A stretch of DNA of 40,901 nucleotides from the UHGV virus genome UHGV-1629914; one strand, 5' to 3'. This stretch comes from a virus. The position numbers were made by a program, and so were the translations under genes. Shown here piece after piece: positions 35,266 to 40,901 of the stretch. Under the pieces are notes generated by a model. It searched no databases and was not told where the DNA came from. It saw only the letters and a program-made list of their open reading frames with translations. Position 1 is the first letter of the stretch, and every line of letters begins with the position of its first letter.

Positions 35266-38200
35266 TCAGTTACATGCTGAATGTCCACAGTTGGTGCATC
35301 GAACACAGCCATCAAACTTGACCATATCACCACCACATTCAGGGCACTTTGCATACATTTTTGAGCCATCTTGAATATGCAGTTTCAATGCACGACCAAT
35401 TGCTTTGCAGAATGTTCCGACAGATGCAAAGCTTTTTGCAGTTTGGTCGACAATTTCGCCGAGGTCAATACCATTGCGAAGCATCGTTGAGTACAGTCGA
35501 GTAATTGTCTGCTGCTCATCTGAACCAAGACGTTCTGAGATATTGTCATAGTGCTGCAAGAATGACAAATTATCACTAAGCTTGTAGTGTTTCTTATCAG
35601 TCTTTGTGATTGTCGTTTGTTCAATGCCTTGCAACTTGTCGAATTCATCTTTGTCAAGTTCAAATGCAAAGATTTCATAAGGTCGACCGTCATCACAGCC
35701 TACAAGAATACACCACTTGCGCTTATACACTGACACGCAATACACTGCAGCAGGCAATACTGGTTTTCGTTTTGAGCGATGACCAGATTGCAAGATGTGC
35801 GACTTGTCTTTTGACTGCTTGTCATCTTTTACGAGAACACCTGCACGTGAGCCGTCTCGATAAATTGTGCAGCCCTTGCAGCCAGATTTCCATGCAGTCA
35901 TATAAATTTCACGAACGAGTTCTTTTGTTGCAGAGTTTGGAATGTTGACCGTTACAGAAATTGACGAGTCAATGTATTTTTGCAATGCACCTTGCAGTTT
36001 CACCTTGCCAATCCAGTCAACATCTTCAGTAGTTGCCTTGTAGTATGGTGATTGAACAAGCAACTCATCAATGACTGCTTGCGGAGCATTTGATAACCAA
36101 GCTTTGATGCGAGACATTTCTGCTTCTGACCATTCAATGCCAGTATCTTTGACAAGAGTAAATTTGCCATCGCCAAGCTGCACTCGTTTACAAATCCACT
36201 GCATCAATGGATAATGAACTACAGCATATTCAATGAACTTATCGCCAGTAGTCTCATCAATGAAGTTGATGTCAGCTTCATTATCAACTGCAGTAGGCTT
36301 TCGACGACGTTTGTGCAGTGGCATAAAGACGGGCTCAATACCAGACGTCGTCTGAGTCATCAAAGCTGTAGTGCCTGTTGGCGCAATTGTGGTCGTGTTG
36401 ATGTTTCGACGACCAAATTGCTGATAAGTTTTGATGTGCTCATCATCAATCAGTTCAGATAGCATACGCTGGACGAACTTTGACTGCACATCTGTGTCAT
36501 AGTCAAATATTGCAAATGAGCCGCGAATCTTTGCCAAGTCAATTGATGCTTCATAAGTAGCCTTTACAAGCCATTGCTGCATAGTGACTGCGAAGTCAAT
36601 TGACTCTTGTGAACCATAGCGTAAGCCAAGCATCGCCATTGCATCGCCAAGTGCAAGGAAGCCCATACCATATCGACGAGTATTTGTCAGTTTGTCATAG
36701 ACTTTGTGCCACAAGTCAAGTTCAGTCTTTTTGATGTCAAAGTCTTCTTTGTCTGACCGTACCTTTGCAATGATTCGTTGCACTGCTTCAATTTCAAGCT
36801 GTACAAGGTCATCCATGATGACTGCGCAATCATACGTGTCTTTATAGAATGTCTCAAAGTCAAATGACGCATCAGCAGTCCAAGGATTAAGCACGTATGC
36901 AGTCAAATTGCGATGTGACAAAATGCAGCTTGCATATGCTGCAAGAGGTTGTTCACCACAATTTAATGTATTGACGACTTGCTTGTCATTGACTGCAATA
37001 AAGAAATTGTGGAAGTCTTCTACTGTACCATTGTACACATCTGCTTTGTTCATGTGACGTGTTGCGACAACTTTGACAATTGCATCACCAGTAGTGTCAA
37101 TGTCTGCATATTTGCTGTAGTCACCTAACGCTGCGCAAGCATCACAGCAATACGCTTGTTCACGATTGTCATAAGAAACTTCGAATTCTTTACCACAATA
37201 TTCGCATCGTTTAATGACTGTGTTTCGTTCTGTTTTTACAAGTTCGTCAGTCTTCAATGCAATTGATAGCTTATCTGTGCTTGGCATATCAATTGCCCAC
37301 AATGAGTCATTTGTTGCAAGGTCAATTGCATACTTGAAATCGCCATTAGCAAGTCTAAACTCATGATTTGCTGTACAATTGATGACATGACCATCATCAA
37401 GCACAATCTGAATGATTTGTGCATTGTGTGCAGTCAATCTTGGTCGACGCATTGTACGCACAACAAGCTTGCCATTAGCGTCAAGACAATACACTGGAAT
37501 GTCTTCGCCGTTATCAGCAAGCTCTTTGAATGTCTTCAAACCTGAGCCATCAGCAACAAGCACTTTTGTATCACCTGTGAAGCATGGATTTGTTGAGCGC
37601 TCTTCATACATTTTGCCATATGCTTTCGAGTTCGACTCTTCCATAATGCGGTCCCAGAAGAACACACCAGGTTCTGCAGATGCCCATACATTATCAACAA
37701 TTTTGTCGAACAATGCTTTTGCATCTGATGTCTTATGCAGCTCTTGGCCATCAGAGCCACGCCAAACATGCTCAAACTGTTGTTCTGCAAGTACTGCACG
37801 CATAAATGCATCAGTAAGCTTGATAGAAATGTTTGCGCCTGTGATTTTCGTCAAGTCTTTTTTTGCGTCAATGAACTTATCTGCGTCAGGATGCTCAATT
37901 GACAATGACAACATCAATGCACCACGCCTGCCATTTTGTGCAACTTCTTTTGTTGATGTTGAAAAGCGTTCCATAAATGACACTACACCAGAAGTTGTAA
38001 CAGCACTGTTATGCACTTCTACGCCTTCTGGGCGAATATGTGACAAATCATGGCCAACACCACCACGACGCTTCATCAACTGAACTTGCTCTTCATCTGT
38101 TTTGAAGATGCCGCCATATGAGTCTGCATCATTGCCTATTACGTAGCAATTTGACATTGATGTGTAACCGCCAAGACCAATACCAGCCATTGGAGAACCA

Positions 38201-38487
38201 CCAAGTACAAATCGCTTAAATGGCTCAAGCAAATATGCAAGTCGCTCTTTTGACAATACACGTTTGCCTGTCTGTTCTTCAAATTGTGATTCTATACGGT
38301 CAAATTCATTGACCCAGCGTTCATGCATGTCAGACAATGAGTGTTCATACAGATTGTCTTTGTCGTGATGCAAGTATTTTGACATGCATATGTCAGCAGC
38401 CATTGAATCACCTGTAAATTCATGTGTCAGTGCAGTATGCACTTCGGCATATTCAGGCGACCCAATTTGAATGGGATGTTTTGTCAT
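35266..38487 (-). CDS. ribonucleotide reductase catalytic subunit (class II-like NPCGEQ site) interrupted by an intein
   Basis: NPC / GEQPL active-site motif split by an inserted block; C-terminal Cys cluster CPECGG ... CVRCTNCGHSAC. Start taken at the internal ATG (MTKHPIQ), about 45 nt downstream of a class A motif. Confidence 0.75.
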   Translation of the reverse strand: MTKHPIQIGSPEYAEVHTALTHEFTGDSMAADICMSKYLHHDKDNLYEHSLSDMHERWVNEFDRIESQFEEQTGKRVLSKERLAYLLEPFKRFVLGGSPMAGIGLGGYTSMSNCYVIGNDADSYGGIFKTDEEQVQLMKRRGGVGHDLSHIRPEGVEVHNSAVTTSGVVSFMERFSTSTKEVAQNGRRGALMLSLSIEHPDADKFIDAKKDLTKITGANISIKLTDAFMRAVLAEQQFEHVWRGSDGQELHKTSDAKALFDKIVDNVWASAEPGVFFWDRIMEESNSKAYGKMYEERSTNPCFTGDTKVLVADGSGLKTFKELADNGEDIPVYCLDANGKLVVRTMRRPRLTAHNAQIIQIVLDDGHVINCTANHEFRLANGDFKYAIDLATNDSLWAIDMPSTDKLSIALKTDELVKTERNTVIKRCEYCGKEFEVSYDNREQAYCCDACAALGDYSKYADIDTTGDAIVKVVATRHMNKADVYNGTVEDFHNFFIAVNDKQVVNTLNCGEQPLAAYASCILSHRNLTAYVLNPWTADASFDFETFYKDTYDCAVIMDDLVQLEIEAVQRIIAKVRSDKEDFDIKKTELDLWHKVYDKLTNTRRYGMGFLALGDAMAMLGLRYGSQESIDFAVTMQQWLVKATYEASIDLAKIRGSFAIFDYDTDVQSKFVQRMLSELIDDEHIKTYQQFGRRNINTTTIAPTGTTALMTQTTSGIEPVFMPLHKRRRKPTAVDNEADINFIDETTGDKFIEYAVVHYPLMQWICKRVQLGDGKFTLVKDTGIEWSEAEMSRIKAWLSNAPQAVIDELLVQSPYYKATTEDVDWIGKVKLQGALQKYIDSSISVTVNIPNSATKELVREIYMTAWKSGCKGCTIYRDGSRAGVLVKDDKQSKDKSHILQSGHRSKRKPVLPAAVYCVSVYKRKWCILVGCDDGRPYEIFAFELDKDEFDKLQGIEQTTITKTDKKHYKLSDNLSFLQHYDNISERLGSDEQQTITRLYSTMLRNGIDLGEIVDQTAKSFASVGTFCKAIGRALKLHIQDGSKMYAKCPECGGDMVKFDGCVRCTNCGHSACN
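36961..37584 (-). mobile_element. intein (about 208 aa) within the ribonucleotide reductase
   Basis: Begins CFTGDTKVLV (intein block A) right after ...STNP; ends VEDFHNFFIAVNDKQVVNTLN with terminal Asn followed by extein Cys (CGEQPL). Carries a CEYCGKEF ... CCDAC zinc-ribbon-like insert; no LAGLIDADG or HNH block seen. Confidence 0.6.
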
Positions 38488-38528
38488 TGTAACAGTGCAT
38501 TTAAGTGTTTTAACTGTTTTATGTATAA

Positions 38529-38556
38529 ATTGTACAACAATGCGCAAAATTTTGCA
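38529..38556 (-). promoter_or_regulatory. class A promoter-like motif
   Basis: Coding strand reads TGCAAAATTTTGCGCATTGTTGTACAAT, upstream of the reductase ATG. Confidence 0.5.
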
Positions 38557-38557
38557 T

Positions 38558-38603
38558 CAACTCAAAACAGCCAAGCAATGAATTGCTTGGCTGTTTTGAG
38601 TTG
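38558..38603. repeat. 21-bp perfect inverted repeat (stem-loop, 4-nt loop)
   Basis: CAACTCAAAACAGCCAAGCAA - TGAA - TTGCTTGGCTGTTTTGAGTTG; no adjacent U-run on either strand. Confidence 0.8.
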
Positions 38604-38614
38604 ACGTGTGCCCG

Positions 38615-38773
38615 CTATTTTACTTGAACAGTTTCTGCAAGAATGAACATGCAATCTACTACATCGTCTTCTTCACATTTAGAATTGAAGTACTGCTGAG
38701 CGTCCTTGGCATTGTCAAATGACTCATACCATCGATGGTCAATGTAGTCTACTAATACAAGATAGTGTTTCAT
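38615..38773 (-). CDS. small hypothetical ORF (52 aa), not in the ORF track
   Basis: Hand translation MKHYLVLVDY...; its ATG overlaps the TGA of the upstream gene (ATGA at 38770-38773). Confidence 0.3.
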   Translation of the reverse strand: MKHYLVLVDYIDHRWYESFDNAKDAQQYFNSKCEEDDVVDCMFILAETVQVK

Positions 38774-39237
38774 AGTTGATTTGCTTTTGCTTGTGCAGTG
38801 TAATACGTGATTGCGTCAATATAAGGCTGTTCTTTAGACATTAGCCAATCAATGCCAAATACTATATCTTGACGAAATCTTCGTTGTGCAATCATTTGAA
38901 CTTCGATTGGCATATCTACATCCTTGCCAAATCTGATTGTATTTGCAAGTTCTGTGATTGCATATCTGAGAATTTTATCGGTGCTCATTGTTAAAGTGCT
39001 TTCCGGCAATTGACAGTAACGTTCCTGGAATGCTCGATTTGCTGAGTAAGTCCAAAGTTCAAGTCTTGCATTTCTGCAATCGTATGAAACAATGAGACTT
39101 AAACCCCTTGTCCAGCAATGTGCTATCTTGATGATAGGGTTGCTATCATTGATAGATGACATTGCTTGCAGTTTTTCGAAATCTTTAACATATCTGTTAT
39201 CATTCGAAAGCTGTTCCATTATTTCACCGTAAGTCAT
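38770..39237 (-). CDS. hypothetical protein (155 aa)
   Basis: ORF-track frame; an upstream element resembling the class A motif lies at about 39255-39290. Confidence 0.5.
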   Translation of the reverse strand: MTYGEIMEQLSNDNRYVKDFEKLQAMSSINDSNPIIKIAHCWTRGLSLIVSYDCRNARLELWTYSANRAFQERYCQLPESTLTMSTDKILRYAITELANTIRFGKDVDMPIEVQMIAQRRFRQDIVFGIDWLMSKEQPYIDAITYYTAQAKANQL

Positions 39238-39323
39238 TGTAGTAGAGGTTAAAATATATTAATATATAATAATTATATTACAAAGTTGTCAGATTTGCAC
39301 CAGAATGTATAACAAGTTCACAC

Positions 39324-39369
39324 AAAATTACAAACAAAAAACAAGCAGACTGCAATTACAGCCTGCTTG
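39324..39369 (-). terminator. intrinsic terminator
   Basis: Stem CAAGCAGACTG / CAGCCTGCTTG (one mismatch) followed on the minus strand by TTTTTTGTTTG, just downstream of gene 39417..40856. Confidence 0.55.
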
Positions 39370-39416
39370 CGCAAAAACAGAAAAAGATGATAACTTACTA
39401 ACCCAAAAACCTAATT

Positions 39417-40856
39417 TTATCTACTTGCAGAATCTCGCATTGAAATCATAACTTGCTCTTGAATTGATGTAGGTATGACATTGAAGTCTGACACTTCAGC
39501 AATATCGTCAACATCAAGAGCTCTCAATGTATCTGTGGTGCAACAAGTCACAATGATTGACTTGCGAACAAACTCATCTGCGACATTCCACAATAGTTGA
39601 CAAATTGCTCGATTGTCAAGACAAATTTCATTAACTGTACGAACAAGACTGTACCATGCAGTCACATTGTTGCGTTTCAGAGTTTCAAGCATATATCGTG
39701 CAAGTCCAAAACCTGCTACATATGACCCAGTCTGCTTGTTGAATGACTCGATTGCATATGCATCAAACAATGCTTCTGTCATCAAAGGCATTGCAGCTGT
39801 CATTCGGTAGTATCGATAGTCAACACATACAATCAACCAGTTAACATATGAATTGACTGCATATGCATGTGCTTTGAACCCAAGGTCATTCAAGATTTTG
39901 CAGATGGCATTGTAAGTAGATTCATCAGCATTGCCAAAATTTGCGAGCAGTTTGACTTTAAGAATGTCTTCACCAATTGCATTTCTTGTAGCAGTGAATG
40001 ATGGCATACATGCAAAGCTTCTTTTGCAGATGTCTGTAATAAGTTGCTGTGCATCATTTACAAGTTGTCTTGCAGCCTCAGCACGTTTTTCAGACTGTGC
40101 TTGATATTTTGGTCGCAACTGTGATGAGCCAGTCGCAGCGCCATATCGCATAGCAGCTTGCCAGTCCTTGAGATTATTTTGCAATTCACGAACATAGTCT
40201 GCAGCAACCATTGCAGATGGAGTTCTTTGTTGCTCGATTAGTTTGTTGATGTTTGCAAGCACATCTGATGCAAACATATCTTTTGGCTTGACTCTTGCAA
40301 TTTCAGCAAGCACTGCCGGTACACGAGCAATACCGCGAGGTTCATTTGAAACTACTACTGCATAGTCTACAAGTGCCTCACATACAAGCTGCTCATCAAC
40401 AAAGTACTCAGGATTCTGCACAGCATCTTCAACAACTGCAATCAATGTTGCTCTACGATTGTCATCAGGTTTGTTGCCAAACAGCTCAATGTACAGCATG
40501 TCTGCTTGCTGGTCTGTCATTGAACCTGCGATGTCAATTGACTTTGCAAGTTTGTTAAGCAGTTCAGCTTGCTTACTTGACAATCTGACTTTGTATGATG
40601 ACTCTACGGCTTCTTTGACTGCTTTGAGTTTTCTGTCAATGTCAAGGCTGCTTTCATTGACATTCATGCCGACAATGCCTGCAGCATCAGTATTAAATTG
40701 CTCAACAGTTTCTGCTGCAGTTATTGGCAATGACACAATAGATTGTTTTGCATTTGCTGCAAGCTGATTGAGTCGAGTGACTGCTTCAGAATCTTGCGCA
40801 ACTGCAAGATATCTTACGCACAGCTCATCAATCTGTGAAAGATAACTTTGGGTCAT
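39417..40856 (-). CDS. hypothetical protein (479 aa)
   Basis: Long ATG-initiated ORF; no motif recognised. Confidence 0.6.
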   Translation of the reverse strand: MTQSYLSQIDELCVRYLAVAQDSEAVTRLNQLAANAKQSIVSLPITAAETVEQFNTDAAGIVGMNVNESSLDIDRKLKAVKEAVESSYKVRLSSKQAELLNKLAKSIDIAGSMTDQQADMLYIELFGNKPDDNRRATLIAVVEDAVQNPEYFVDEQLVCEALVDYAVVVSNEPRGIARVPAVLAEIARVKPKDMFASDVLANINKLIEQQRTPSAMVAADYVRELQNNLKDWQAAMRYGAATGSSQLRPKYQAQSEKRAEAARQLVNDAQQLITDICKRSFACMPSFTATRNAIGEDILKVKLLANFGNADESTYNAICKILNDLGFKAHAYAVNSYVNWLIVCVDYRYYRMTAAMPLMTEALFDAYAIESFNKQTGSYVAGFGLARYMLETLKRNNVTAWYSLVRTVNEICLDNRAICQLLWNVADEFVRKSIIVTCCTTDTLRALDVDDIAEVSDFNVIPTSIQEQVMISMRDSASR

Positions 40857-40901
40857 GTTTATTGAAAAATTGTTGTTTCTTGACGAATAGCTGTTGGATG
40901 C

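Overview
The window reads as a large virulent dsDNA phage segment (about 37% GC) with almost every gene on the minus strand, packed into operons with repeated ATGA start/stop overlaps. It carries a DNA replication and nucleotide-metabolism module: NAD-dependent DNA ligase, FEN/RNase H-type 5'-3' exonuclease, RFC-like clamp loader, a primase-helicase fusion, both topoisomerase II subunits (split about 8 kb apart) and an intein-containing ribonucleotide reductase. Between the two topoisomerase genes sits an accessory island: six tRNA genes plus a tRNA-like fragment, a freestanding homing-endonuclease-like gene, and directly downstream of it a GC-enriched non-coding stretch of about 350 nt that I interpret as a candidate circularly permuted (two-piece) tmRNA. 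That tmRNA candidate is the most interesting item here. Two families of conserved promoter-like motifs recur upstream of minus-strand genes. No DNA polymerase, virion structural genes or CRISPR array were recognised. All calls rest on motif reading by eye; hand-derived coordinates may be off by 1-2 nt, and several ORF-track starts (some apparently non-ATG or N-terminally extended) were moved to internal ATGs.
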